DNA of 64,000 nt from Thraustochytrium aureum. Its lineage: Eukaryota. The translations under genes were made by a program, and so were the position numbers. Of the stretch, positions 37,395 through 49,219 are shown piece after piece. Under the pieces are notes generated by a model. It did no database searches. It saw only the letters and a program-made list of their open reading frames with translations, and was not told the origin of the DNA. Numbering within the stretch: the stretch's first letter is position 1; the number at the start of each line of letters is the position of its first letter. The stretch spans positions 9,447-73,446 of the forward strand of contig BLSG01000102.1 in the NCBI GenBank assembly GCA_012862495.1, given 5' to 3'.

Positions 37395-37558
37395 CTTCGC
37401 GCGTCCACAGCAAACTGCCGCCGCGCGGGCCACAGCCGCCTCTCTTTCTCTGCTGTCGCCTGCGGGTGCGCTTGTTGCTCTCGTTGCTGCCCTGCCGCGT
37501 TGGGGTTCTGCTGCCTCGTTCGCCTCGCGCTCCCCAAGAAAAGCCTCTAGTCGAGAAG

Positions 37559-37788
37559 GCGTTCGGTTCCCAACCCAGATCGGAACCGGCACCTTGTCGA
37601 TGCGGAATCGCCGTGGATCCCGCACTGCTGCGTTCGGTTCCCAACCCAGATCGGAACCGGCACCTTGTCGATGCGGAATCGCCGTGGTTCCCGCACTGCT
37701 GCGTTCCCGCGATCCCAGCTATCCCGCGGCTGGAGGGAGGGGCGGGATCTCGCGCCTCTGCGCCCGGTTCCCAATCCAGATCGCAACG
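37559..37788. repeat. 71-bp direct repeat x2 plus a partial third copy, with internal inverted repeat CGGTTCC..GGAACCG
   Basis: Units 37559-37629 and 37630-37700 (one mismatch); partial copy 37765-37788. Confidence 0.9.
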
Positions 37789-37877
37789 AGCCGCTTTGGT
37801 TCTCACGCGAGCAGGTTAGGTTTGGTCAGGGTGCAGGCCGCACAGGAACGGCAGACCCGCATCGCGCGCGGGCATCG

Positions 37878-39962
37878 ATGGCGCTGCAATACGCGCGGCC
37901 GCTGCTGGCGGTGCTGGTGCTGCTGGCGCTGCTGGCGCTGTCACGGGGCGCGACTGCCGGGCTCACTGGCGCCGGGGAGGTCGTTGGAGTTGAGGTGCTT
38001 CCCTGGCACGATGCTGGAATCGGTGCGAATGGCAGGGTTTGCGCTGGCGAGCACGCTGCTGGCGCTGCTGGCGAGCCGTCGTGCGTTGCAATTGACGCCA
38101 AGCCCGCGGAGCGCGTGGTGCTATGGGCAGCTGCACGAGATGCGACGCAAGGGGCGGTCCGCGTGCGGGGATGGGACTCGAACGGGGAGCCTGGGAGGGT
38201 TGTTTGGAAAGCGCCTTCCTGTCGAGTGCAGATTCTGGAGCCTGCCTTTGGAGCGGTGCTGCAAAGCCCTGCGGCTGTCCAACTCAGGTATCGCATTGAA
38301 GGGTGCGGGCAGGTGCGCGAAGGCAGCAGCACTGCTTGGGCTGTTGTTCACAAAGACGGCACTGCCCCCACAGATGTGACTGGAGGGGTAGACTGTGTTG
38401 ATGCGCCGAGCCCCGTATGCATTGGGATGATCACGCTGGGGCACCTTGAGCCTGGAACCCACGCTCTCACGCTGCGTCTTGTGCATGCAGATGGACCGCT
38501 CGTGCAGTGGGCGGCCGGATCGAACGCCACAGCACTTTTCGACGTCGTTCCGGACGAAATCGACCACGCGGAACCGGTGGTCTGGGTGCCAGCAGTTCAG
38601 CAACTGCGGAACCGATCGCAATGCTGTGGGCCACTTCCAGTTGGGTTTATAGGGTCGCTCAAACTCGATGGCCAAAAGACGATCTGGCGTGCCCAGCTCC
38701 AGGCGATGACGCGGCGCGCGTCTGAATTTGATCCAGTCTTCCTGTCCTTCGCGGAAACAAACCACGATGCGCAGATGGAGCCCCCTTTCCTACGCGAGCT
38801 GGGCGAGATCGGTATACCGACTCTTCGCGCACAACTCAAAGCGGATGCTGCCATCCTGGAGGAGCTTTCTGTTCGGTCTCTTGATGATGCCATCGCCCAT
38901 ATTGCAGCGTGCCTGGAGAGCGCTGCAACCTTGCCGCGGCTCGCGAGCATTGCGCAGGAAAGGAGCAAGTGCAGCGCTCTCCGCGCTTCGCTCATACCCT
39001 TCATCGTTCCGCGCTCCGCCACAACATTTGTGCAAACGCTGGTTGGGCATTTGGAAGGGCTAGCGGTTGCGGTTTTCGCCAACGGGCAGTCGACGTCGGA
39101 CGTCATGCTCGCAGCGGCATGCTCTTTTGCCGGGGTGTCTGCTACGGTAATGGACTTGCCAAACTTGGACCCGCACCCTGGCATCCACGCGACAGTCGTA
39201 GTCTCTCCTTCCTATGACACCCTCGCGCACCCTTCTGTGGTGCGGCTCGAGGCGTCTCAGAAGCGCGTAATCCACCCCGGCATTAACGCGGCGCGGATAC
39301 AGCAGCTAGCGGAGAGTCCCGGTGGCGAGGCGACGTGCCCCGGCGCTTACACGCTCGGATTCGTCGCGCGCTTGGCGCCAGAGAAGTCGGCGGCGCTCTT
39401 TGTTCACTTGTGTGCTGCATTGCACGAGCGTGTTCCCGTCCGATGTTTGGTAGGCGGCAGCGGTGCTCTGCTGGGGCCGCTCGAAGAGCTCGTAAAGCGC
39501 CTCCAGGCGCCTGTGGAAATGCTCGGTTTTCTGGACCAGAGTCGACTGCCAAGCGTCTTTGCGTCGCTGGACTTGCTCGTCAACCTATCCATGCGCCGAA
39601 GCGAGACCTTTTGCATCACCAACATTGAGGCAATGGCGGCGGGAGTGCCTGTGATCAGCTTTGGCGCTGGCGGGGTCCAAGACTACTTTCGGGATCGCGA
39701 AAACGGGTGGCTCGTGCGGACGCCATCGCTTAGTGCCCTTGTCGCGGTTGCTTTGGAAGCGCTGCATGATTTGGGAAGCCGAAGAAACCAACTCAGGGCA
39801 GGCGCGCGAGCTACTGCTCAGCTTTTTACCGAGGCGGCCATGACGAGCGCGTATCTTGACCTTTACGCCGCGCTGGGCGAAGGGCATGGTGGCGTCGTTC
39901 CTCCGGCAAACACCTCAATTCAGTCTGCTTGGCCACTGGACAAGGGCCTGAACCCAGCCTGA
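37878..39962 (+). CDS. GT-B family 4 (Glycos_transf_1) glycosyltransferase with signal peptide/anchor and N-terminal beta-rich domain
   Basis: Hydrophobic N-term; LGFVARLAPEKS, SETFCITNIEAMAAGVPVI, ENGWL. Confidence 0.9.
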   Translation: MALQYARPLLAVLVLLALLALSRGATAGLTGAGEVVGVEVLPWHDAGIGANGRVCAGEHAAGAAGEPSCVAIDAKPAERVVLWAAARDATQGAVRVRGWDSNGEPGRVVWKAPSCRVQILEPAFGAVLQSPAAVQLRYRIEGCGQVREGSSTAWAVVHKDGTAPTDVTGGVDCVDAPSPVCIGMITLGHLEPGTHALTLRLVHADGPLVQWAAGSNATALFDVVPDEIDHAEPVVWVPAVQQLRNRSQCCGPLPVGFIGSLKLDGQKTIWRAQLQAMTRRASEFDPVFLSFAETNHDAQMEPPFLRELGEIGIPTLRAQLKADAAILEELSVRSLDDAIAHIAACLESAATLPRLASIAQERSKCSALRASLIPFIVPRSATTFVQTLVGHLEGLAVAVFANGQSTSDVMLAAACSFAGVSATVMDLPNLDPHPGIHATVVVSPSYDTLAHPSVVRLEASQKRVIHPGINAARIQQLAESPGGEATCPGAYTLGFVARLAPEKSAALFVHLCAALHERVPVRCLVGGSGALLGPLEELVKRLQAPVEMLGFLDQSRLPSVFASLDLLVNLSMRRSETFCITNIEAMAAGVPVISFGAGGVQDYFRDRENGWLVRTPSLSALVAVALEALHDLGSRRNQLRAGARATAQLFTEAAMTSAYLDLYAALGEGHGGVVPPANTSIQSAWPLDKGLNPA

Positions 39963-40258
39963 ACTCGCGGGGCTCGCGGGCAACTCTCCACCCGTTAGCT
40001 GAGTGCGCTGGAACGTTACTCTACGCTGCTGGTTTACTTTCTGTAAGAGTTAAGAGTTCTGGAATCGCACGTGGGCTCGGCTCGGCCAAGCGGGCTCCGC
40101 ANNNNNNNNNNNNNNNNNNNNNNNNNNNNNNNNNNNNNNNNNNNNNNNNNNNNNNNNNNNNNNNNNNNNNNNNNNNNNNNNNNNNNNNNNNNNNNNNNNN
40201 NNNNNNNNNNNNNNNNNNNTCAATTGCGCTGGCGACGCGCTCTCCGGCTCGTAGTGGT

Positions 40259-43200
40259 CTACTTGCCGCCGCTGGAGAAGTTTCGCTGCTGCGTTGATTG
40301 CAAACGCCCATCTTCACCGTTCGGAGTCGCCCAGTCAGACGCAATCGGACGGAGCGAGAGCTTGGGAACTGGGGTGTCAGGCACAACCGCGCGACTGGCC
40401 AGCGGTGCGAGGTCGTTCTTGGGGCTCACCTTGGCCTCCGCCGTCTCGTCGATCATGAGGGCGGCGCGCAGCTCAGACCGCTTGCTCGAGTGCATTATTA
40501 CAAGCTTTGGTAAAAACACGAGCCCAAGGACGTACGTCGAGGTGAGCGAAATGATGCAGGAGGTGATGACAATGCGTGACGTGGATTCCTCAACCGTGAG
40601 GAACACAACTGGGACGAGCACCCCCAAAACCTGAATTCCGGAGAGCATTGTGATCGACACGTAGCGGTTCTCGCTGTATGCGGTGCGCAGATTCGCCGTC
40701 CTGAACGAGTACACGCCAGCGTGGAGAACCTGGAACGCGTGATAGCCCAGCATGATGCCGAGATAGACGGTGCTGTTTTCCGAGACGCAGGATCCACGGC
40801 TCGAGATGGGCATCCCGGCGAAGTCCGTCTTGAGGTCTTCCCGGACGTACTCGATCGGGTTGCGCACATACCAGATTACAAGGATAGCAAAGTCCACCGC
40901 GGCAAGGGAAGCGAACGACTTGATAATTTGCGTGTAGGTGATCTGCACCCGGTGAAGCGGCTGCCCCTTGAATGTGTCCAATGTCTGCTCCAGCTTGGCG
41001 AAAAGCGGAGCGAACAGCATCGCAAAGCCTGTGCAGTACGTCCATAGCGCTGCGCGGCACCCAAACGTAGCCAGTTCGTTCCCGCCATCATTTGCAGCGC
41101 GGGCGAGTCCCGGCCCGTCCTCGAAGGACAAGAACCACATCGTCAAACCGGAAACAAAGACGCCAGCGAGAATGAGGACGAGGAACCTACGCTGCGCTGA
41201 CTTGATGACAATGTGATCTCGAAAGGCGCATATCCAAACCAAGAGCACGGCGCACGCGGCCAAGTTGGCCCCAAATAGCAGCACGCAGATCGCCCACGCG
41301 GCGGCCGAAATGAGCTGCATGTCCTCGAGGGGCCGGTCGGCTACATCCAGAGGAAAAGCGGCAGCGGCGTCCCAGCGCAGCGTGCCGCTGTCCGTGAAGA
41401 CTTGCGCGTGCGCCACCACGGTGTACCGGCCTTGCTCGAGAAGCGGAAGGACAGTTTCCACCTCAAAGTCGTAGGGGTCGAACGGGCCTTCGCGTCGGAG
41501 CATTTGAGACTCCGTGTTCCGGACCAAGCTGGGCGCCAGCCCGTTCAGCATTGGCGAGCAAAAGCGGACTTTGGCACTGCACAGGTGCAAGTTAAAGTGC
41601 GGGACGTCCCAGCCATCCTGGCGGTGTACGTGGTGCCTTCCAGCCAGGATGGAGGATGGAGAGCCATCTGTTCCCAAACGGATTCGTGTCCTCACTGACG
41701 TGGTCTCAGAGTTGCTCACGCGGACCGGAACTGGCTGGACAAACTCGACGAGAAGGCCGACAGGGCACGCGGAAAGCTGCTGGCTGATTCCGTTCACGGG
41801 GCTTCGTGGCTGCGTGACGGTCTTCCAACAGAGGCTCTGGGAGTAGTTGCCGAGGTGGTACCCTCGCTCGTTTTCCTCTCGATTTTCTTCAGCGGGGTCG
41901 ACGACGTCGACCGGAAACGCCCGCGCGAGGTCGTAGATGGCCGCTCCGTCCTCGCTGACGACTGTCGCGTGAATGATTGGAGCGAATGACCCTGGTTTGC
42001 TGAACACCAGCGAGGCCTGGAACACGTAGTCGCCTGAGGAGGCATTTGCCGAGACGAGGGTCACGGGCGCGGCTCGGTCGGCGACTTGAGGGGTGCAGAG
42101 CCCTATGCGCTGGTCGCTGCAGTAGACCACCTGTACTACAACAGGCTCCGAGGCTTCGAGGTCCTCCCATGCAGAGCGACCGCTCAGGGTTCCGCCTGCT
42201 CGCCCAAGCCGTGCGCTCCGCCTCAGGGTCTTGAGCGGCTGACGCATGAGCTGCGAGCTGTGTCCCACTTGGGGAAGGCTGGCGACGTGGACACGAAACT
42301 CGACCAGCTGCTCCACGTCAACCTGGTTCGGCTGCTGCACCGGAAACCGCCGCGTGGGCTCAACGCTCATCCCTGGTGGACAGGCGTTTAGCTGAATAGG
42401 CACCTGGAACCAGGGGTGGGCCTCTTTGGTAAACGTTCGCCAGCAGAGCGGCTCGCTGTAGTCGCCGAGATGGTAACCCCGAGGCTGGGCCGTGTCAGCT
42501 GGACCGAGGACGTTGAGCTTGACCGCGGTGGAAATGTCCCACTGGACCTCCCCAAAGTTGTCCGACGTGACAACGCGCGCATGGGCGACCATTGTGACGA
42601 GGCCTTCGGCCTCAATTGAAGCTTCGAGAGGAACCACATACTCGCCCGTTGGCGCGGCGGGGCTTGAGATGGTAGCCTCATCCGAGACCGGTGTGCCTAA
42701 AGATCCGCCACCTCCCTCAAGAGGCGCGCAGAAGAGGACCTCCGCGGGGCACTGGCGCAGCTGAAGGGACGGTAGTGCTGCGACACGCGTCGCGACCACA
42801 CCCGCAGAGCATGAGCCTACTGCGTTGGGGCAGGCGTGGCCTTGGTCGCCAGTCTCGCTGTTCATGGTAAACGTGGTCCGAACGGTCAGTGGCTTGCCAC
42901 GCACCACGCTTGAGAAGACCGGATGGTCGGTGAAATAGAGACTCAGGCCAGGCGGGCACACAGAGAGCAGGTGGGGCTTGCCGTCGTTGTAGTTGACGTT
43001 TTGTGGGTCGAGGTATGTTTTCCAGCACACCTGCTTGCTAAAGTCTCCCACGTGGTACCCTTGCGGGGGTTTGTTGGAGGCAGTGCCGCTGAAGGCCCCG
43101 TCCGGTGGGGGCTGGCTGGAGCCGTCTTGGTATGACGGTGTTGATTTGAAGACGAACTCTGCTCCTGTCCACTCGGCCACCGGAACGAGCTGCGGCCCGT

Positions 43201-44378
43201 CGTTTGCGTTGAACTGAAGGTTGATGATTTGCGGGGTGAGCGAGTTTGGGAATCGTGAGCCAGAGCGATCAAAGGCAATAAAGCCGGTGGCCCCTGTGAA
43301 AACAACGGAAGGGATCGCGTCCGCCGCATCTGTTGGCGTTTCGACCTTGCACAGCGCGAGCCCAATACTAATTACGGCGTCGAAAGCAAAGCCTGCGACG
43401 TCTTCGAGGTATGGATCCACAGTGAGGTCGGCGCGGCCAGTGAGGGCCTCGAGGCTCGATGCGTCCATGTTGGCCCACCAGCTCTGCAAGCTCATCCATG
43501 GCTCTCGACGCTGTGATTCCAGCTGTGCGAGCTCATTGGCACCAAGGTGCAGCAACAGCGAGCCGGCCAAAGCCTGGCCGTGCTCGAAGAGGACTGAGTC
43601 CGAGACGCGGTCTGTGAACATCCACAGGTGCTCGCCCTGGAAGAAGCCCATGCCGGCAGCGGCCTCAACGACGCCGGCAAGCGCGTCATCGCCAACGAGG
43701 CAGAGAATGGAGCGAAGGCCGCTGAGCTTTGCGCCTGCAAGGGCGACCTCCAGCGAGGCGTTGTCGCCGACGCTGAAGCCGACAGGTCTCAGCAGCAGTT
43801 TGCTTCGTCGCGTCTCGGACTGCAGCGCTGACCAGAGGGCAAACCCGAGCGGACTGTTGTCATGCAGGACGAGAACGTGCGAGTGGCCGAGCGTTGCGTA
43901 GAACTGGAGGAGAAACTGGGTCATCGCAATCATGCTGGGAACGACTCGAAAAACCTCAGGAAACGTTGCTCGGTCGTCGAGGAGTGGGGACATGTTGGAA
44001 TATGACACGTAAGGGATGCCGACCGCGGCGGAGGCCGTTTCGAGAGCGTTGTTTTCACACCAGGGGGCCAACAAAGGCTTCGATGAGCGACTCGCCCACC
44101 TGCTCCTGGACCTTCTCCGAGGAGCAGTTGTTCGCGCTCAAAACGGTTGGCTGCAGCTGGATGTCGCAGTCTCCAAGAGCAGCGAGCGCCTCCACAATGC
44201 TTGCATCCCGGTCGTTGAACTGCTTCGCGGCGTAGAGCGCGCTTGACAGCACGGACTGCCACGCTTGGTCCGGCGCCGTTGGCGGCGTCTCAGCTACATA
44301 CACCCCAATCTCCACTTTCTCCCCGGCCGCCACCGCGGCCGCGGCAGCAACCGCAGCGCACATCCTCGCCAAGTTCAT
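40259..44378 (-). CDS. Class C (GABA-B-like) GPCR: signal peptide + Venus flytrap (ANF receptor) domain + 3 novel repeats + 7TM_3
   Basis: VFT: AFVGP, IPYVSYS.MSP.L.DR..FP.VFRVVP, AFDAV, FTGATG.I.FD..G.R; 7TM: VIKSAQRRFL, WTYCTGF.MLF.PLFAK, C.S, YSENRYV, LVFLPKL. Extra G near 44065 splits the frame. Confidence 0.9.
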
Positions 44379-45335
44379 CCCGGCGGCGCATCTTTTCCCC
44401 GTCATCCGAAGCCGTCCGTCCAGCGCACCTCGCCGCGGGCCAGGAAAAGACTCGCGCCACGCCACACCGCGACCGTTCGTGCCTCCGGCGCGCTTCGCGT
44501 TCGCGGTCTGGTCGCCCGCAGCCGCGCCACGCGCTCGAGCCCCAACCCGACAGGAGCGAGCCCTCAGTGCACCTAATCATCGAGTACCGTTACGCCCGTT
44601 TATCCATAAATAAAGGAAGCATCCGCAGAAAGCGGAGTACGTATCGTAGCTAACGCTCCCAAGATTTCGATGTAAATAACGGGAAGACGACCAAGCACAA
44701 CACTAGCGCTGAGATGGAGATTCTTGGTAAATAACAGTGACGAACGAATGAATAAATNNNNNNNNNNNNNNNNNNNNNNNNNNNNNNNNNNNNNNNNNNN
44801 NNNNNNNNNNNNNNNNNNNNNNNNNNNNNNNNNNNNNNNNNNNNNNNNNNNNNNNNNNNNNNNNNNNNNNNNNNNNNNNNNNNNNNNNNNNNNNNNNNNN
44901 NNNNNNNNNNNNNNNNNNNNNNNNNNNNNNNNNNNNNNNNNNNNNNNNNNNNNNNNNNNNNNNNNNNNNNNNNNNNNNNNNNNNNNNNNNNNNNNNNNNN
45001 NNNNNNNNNNNNNNNNNNNNNNNNNNNNNNNNNNNNNNNNNNNNNNNNNNNNNNNNNNNNNNNNNNNNNNNNNNNNNNNNNNNNNNNNNNNNNNNNNNNN
45101 NNNNNNNNNNNNNNNNNNNNNNNNNNNNNNNNNNNNNNNNNNNNNNNNNNNNNNNNNNNNNNNNNNNNNNNNNNNNNNNNNNNNNNNNACAAGGGTAGGA
45201 CTGCCATTTGGCCATCGCATGAGATGCAGATGATCATCGATCTCGCCGGATCAGTTCAGAACAGATCAATCCATCGACGAACGAGACCACGATCGATCAA
45301 TCTGAAGTGGATCGCAGGCTTGCGCGCGTGGGGAA

Positions 45336-46453
45336 ATGGGCGAGCGCAAGGCGCTCAAGGGGAGCTATGACTGGCTGACGGGCGGGCCCGATGAATGGAA
45401 GGGTTTCCAGGAGCGCAATGCCGGACTCAAGATGCTCGGCGCCGCGGCTCGGGCCAAGACCGCGAGCCGCGGGAACAAGGACGGCGTCGTGAGCCGCGTT
45501 GTGGACGTGTACAGCGATGGCGCGCGCATGAGCGGCACGCTGTGGACGCCGGATGCGGCGATCGACGGGCCCGATGCGAGCTACCCGGGCATCGTCATGT
45601 GCCATGGGTGGGGCGGAACGCGCGACCACCTCGATGCGAGGTTTGGACGCGTGTTCGCCAAGGCGGGGTTTGTGGTGCTGACGTTCGATTACCGCGGCTG
45701 GAACGACTCGGACGGCGTGCTGGTGTCCCACTCGGCGCCCGGCGCAAACCGCAGGCAGCAGGAGCTCGGGCGCGCCTCGGACACTTCGCACGGCGATGGA
45801 GCCCCGTCGGGGGCCTCAACGCGCATATTGCGAGGCAGGTGGTCGACATGGACTGGCAGCTGACTGACATTGAAGCCGCACTGGACTACTTGGTGGGCGA
45901 GCGCGTGGTGGACCCCAATCGCATCGGGATCTGGGGCATCAGCCAAGGCGGCGGCCACGTCTTGTCGATCGGGGCGCGGCACCGTGGCCGCATCGCCGCT
46001 ATTGTGTCGCAGGTGCCTAGCTGCGGTGACGTCGGCGCTGGGGACCCGCGGGCGCGCGAGCCGGAGGCGCGCAAGGATGCTGTGGCTCGCGCGCGCGGCC
46101 TCACGCCGCTCTCAGTGCCGCAAGGCGTCCGCCGCGGCCACCTCCCGCACATGGATGGTGTGCCCAATCTTGCCAAGCTGTGGCGGTACCGCCCGCTCGA
46201 CACTGCTCACCTGATCGAGTGCCCCGTCTATGTGATGGACGCGGAGGGCGAGGAGGTCTTTGACCGCATGCGGAACGGGAGGGCCGCCTACGAAATCATT
46301 GCAAAGCGCAACCCGGCCTCGAGGTACGAGGTGCTGCCCGGACGGCACTATGACGCCTACGACGGGCCCAAGGGCCAGTTCCGGGAGGGAACTGCCAAAG
46401 CAGTGGCTTTTTTCCGCGAGCATCTTGGCGGAGGAGCCACCGCGCGACTGTAG
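45336..46453 (+). CDS. Alpha/beta hydrolase (peptidase S15/FrsA/DUF1100-like), no introns seen
   Basis: IVMCHGWGG, AGFVVLTFDYRGWNDSDG, VDPNRIGIWGISQGGGH (GxSxG), HYDAY; frameshift between ~45730 and ~45830. Confidence 0.88.
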
Positions 46454-46641
46454 GTGGTTGGTGTCCGTCCTGTGGGCGGAAAGGGCGACGATCGGAACCG
46501 TCGCGCCTGAACGCCAACCGGCACTCGACTGCTTGCGAGAATGATTTATTTCGAATTAGAAAAATGGAAATGGAAATGGTGCTCGCCCCACTCTTTCGTA
46601 CAACAAGCGTTCTGCGCCTGCACGCGCAAGCCGGGGGGACC

Positions 46642-47579
46642 TCAAAGGAGCAATGGCTGGTACCCCATCTCCGACAGGACGGCGTCCGGCCCCTGCTCTT
46701 TCTCCGCGGTCGGCGCCTTGGGCGCGCTACGGCGGTAGCGGCGGATCGCGAGAACCGCAAACGCCGCGACGCTGCCAACGAGGCCAACAATAAGGGCGAT
46801 GTGACGATGGTGCCAAAACAAGTGCGCAAAGTGGGCTCTCTCGGGCGTCGACCCGGCGCCTTGCACGTGGCTGTGGTGTTCGCTGTGGGGATGGACGCGC
46901 GTTTGGGCCGGCGGCGGGCGGCTCAGGAAAAAGCCCGCGCACGGCTCGGACAGATCCGAGCGGTGTTCGAGGAGGCACTGGTGCAGGCGACCGAACCCGG
47001 GCTCGACTCTGCTGCAGAACGAGGAAATGTCCGTATGGCACTTGCAGAGCACCTGGTGGTTGGCCAGGGTCGCAGCGCAGCGCGGTTGGATGTTGTTGAT
47101 GTTCTCCAGGAGACACTGCGGCACGGCTGAAGCGCTGCCAGCCTGGCCTTCCCTGTCCCGTACTTGGGGCGGGCAGAGCTTCTTGATGTCGGCATGGCAC
47201 GCGCCCCCAAGGGGGTGGTGGCGCGCCCCGTGGCCTGCGCGGCTCCCGGGGCCGTGGCGCCCTTCGGGTCCGCGCAGCAGCATCGGGCGCATATGTCGCT
47301 GGAACGCCTCGCCCGTCCGTTGCGCCTCCATCATCCCCAGGGACCCGAGCAAATGCACCAGGTCATCCTCATCCGCCGCAAAAATCTCCTGCGCCGCAGC
47401 CTCCATCACCTCCAGCATCGCCAGCACATCCTGCCTGGTCGCCCCGGGGGGCAACTCCCCGACCACTCACCGAGTGCGGCGCTCCAAACCGCCGACCGCC
47501 ACTGCGCGTCGACCATGCCCAGCGCCGGGGCCGCCGCCAGCAGCAGCACGGCGGCAGTAGCGCACGCCGCGGCCTTCAT
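46642..47579 (-). CDS. Type I membrane protein with two GLG1-like cysteine-rich repeats
   Basis: Signal peptide; ACHADIKKLC..VPQCLLEN....QPRC and CHTDISSFCSRVEPGFGRLHQCLLEHRSDLSEPC; single TM; C-terminal YQPL; frameshift near 47463. Confidence 0.8.
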
Positions 47580-48306
47580 CCTCCTGCGCGCCTGCCGCTC
47601 TGCTGCTCCGGTGCCGTGCGTGCGTTTCGTGCGCCTGCGCGTTCGAGACTTTTCCTTGCCTGCTCTGTTTCGGCTCTGCCACGGACTCTGATTGACGAGG
47701 AAGCGAGCACGATTGTTCTGCTCTCCTCTGCCCCCGCGGCCGTGCCAGACTCGCGCTTCGCTGCCTGGCCAGCTGCAGCTCTGCGACGCCAGCCCGTCCA
47801 TCCCTCCGCCCGCCCTCGGCGCAGCGCCTGGGCGGCCGCGGGGCGCCGGCATTCTTCCGGTTGGCGCTCGCGAAGCTGCCTCGAGCGCGTCCCGCCGTCG
47901 GCGCGAGCAGTGCTGAATCCTGGCCGCACCCGCGCAGCGCCTTCGCAGCAGCGCGCAGCAGCGCGTAGCGCCTTCGCAGCAGCGCGCAGCTTTACGCTCT
48001 ACCGGCAGGCGTTCCCGGGCGCGCCAAGGCACGCCTTGCCGGCCTCGGCGGCGTGGAGGAGGCCGCTGTCGCGGGTTGGAAGCGCACCTCCTCNNNNNNN
48101 NNNNNNNNNNNNNNNNNNNNNNNNNNNNNNNNNNNNNNNNNNNNNNNNNNNNNNNNNNNNNNNNNNNNNNNNNNNNNNNNNNNNNNNNNNNNNNNNNNNN
48201 NNNNNNNNNNNNNNNNNNNNNNNNNNNNNNNNNNNNNNNNNNNNNNNNNNNNNNNNNNNNNNNNNNNNNNNNNNNNNNNNNNNNNNNNNNNNNNNNNNNN
48301 NNNNNN

Positions 48307-48970
48307 TGAGCGCAGCCGAGGAGGCCGGTGCCGCTGGCGCCGCGGACGGGGCGACCGTCGTGGCGTCTGTGCGCAGGCAGTCGTTCAGGGAGGGCGAAGC
48401 GACGGTATGCGCTGCGGCCCTCGGGCTGCCGGCGAGGGACGTGAGCGAGCCGTCGACGACTTGTACTCGGAGCTGCTCTATAGGTATGGGTTCAAGAGCT
48501 TGGAGCAGAGCGGCTCTGCGGAGCGCATCCCGGTGGTCGAGGCGCTTGGCGGGAAAATAGTTGCGCTCCTGTTCACCTCGGTCGCCGCCGCCGACCCCGA
48601 GGTGGGCGACTCGACGTTTCTGGAGATGCTGAAAAAACTCGTGACCAAGTACGCGCGCAACCTCGCGGTTGTGTTCGTGTCGATGGGAGATGGGGAGACC
48701 GAGGTGGAGGAGTTTCTCGCTGACAAGCCCGAGTTTTTTGGCGTCGCTCAGGAGGATGCGGCAACGCGTGCCACTCTCGCCGAGCAGTTTGGTGTCTACG
48801 CAATGTTCAACCCGACGCTGGTCATCATTAGCCCGCAGGGTTTGCACATCACTTCCTGGGGCAGAAGCGCAGTGATGTACAACCCAGAGTACGCGGTGAT
48901 CGAGTGGAAGAACGGCCGCTCCGGCCTGCGCGTAGGACGGTACCTTGCGGCCAAAGTCTTTGGCATTTGA
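48307..48970 (+). CDS. Nucleoredoxin/tryparedoxin-like thioredoxin-fold protein, no CxxC in visible part; 5' end in gap
   Basis: EALGGKIVALLF, LAVVFVS, LAEQFGV...PTLVIISPQG.HIT.WGR. Confidence 0.7.
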
Positions 48971-49219
48971 CCGATAAAGCCGCGCCGCGGTCCACATCCT
49001 TGGAGAGCTCGGCTCGAGCCTGGACCCGCTCCCGCTGGCAGGCAAGCAAGCAAGGCGATGTTCGTTTGATCTCAAGACAAAACAACAACAACAATCATGT
49101 TCTGGCATTGCGTTTCCTTCAAGGGTAAATCTGGGCAAGGAGAGAGCTAGCGCTCCACGGCAACCAAACCCGCGGTCACCTCCCGCACAGCGAATGTCTC
49201 AACTGGCAATTTAGGCCGG

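Noticed and set aside
47467..47469. In-frame TGA as possible selenocysteine or readthrough in the GLG1-repeat gene
   Set aside because: One missing G joins the signal-peptide frame to the main ORF and avoids this TGA; no redox motif context.
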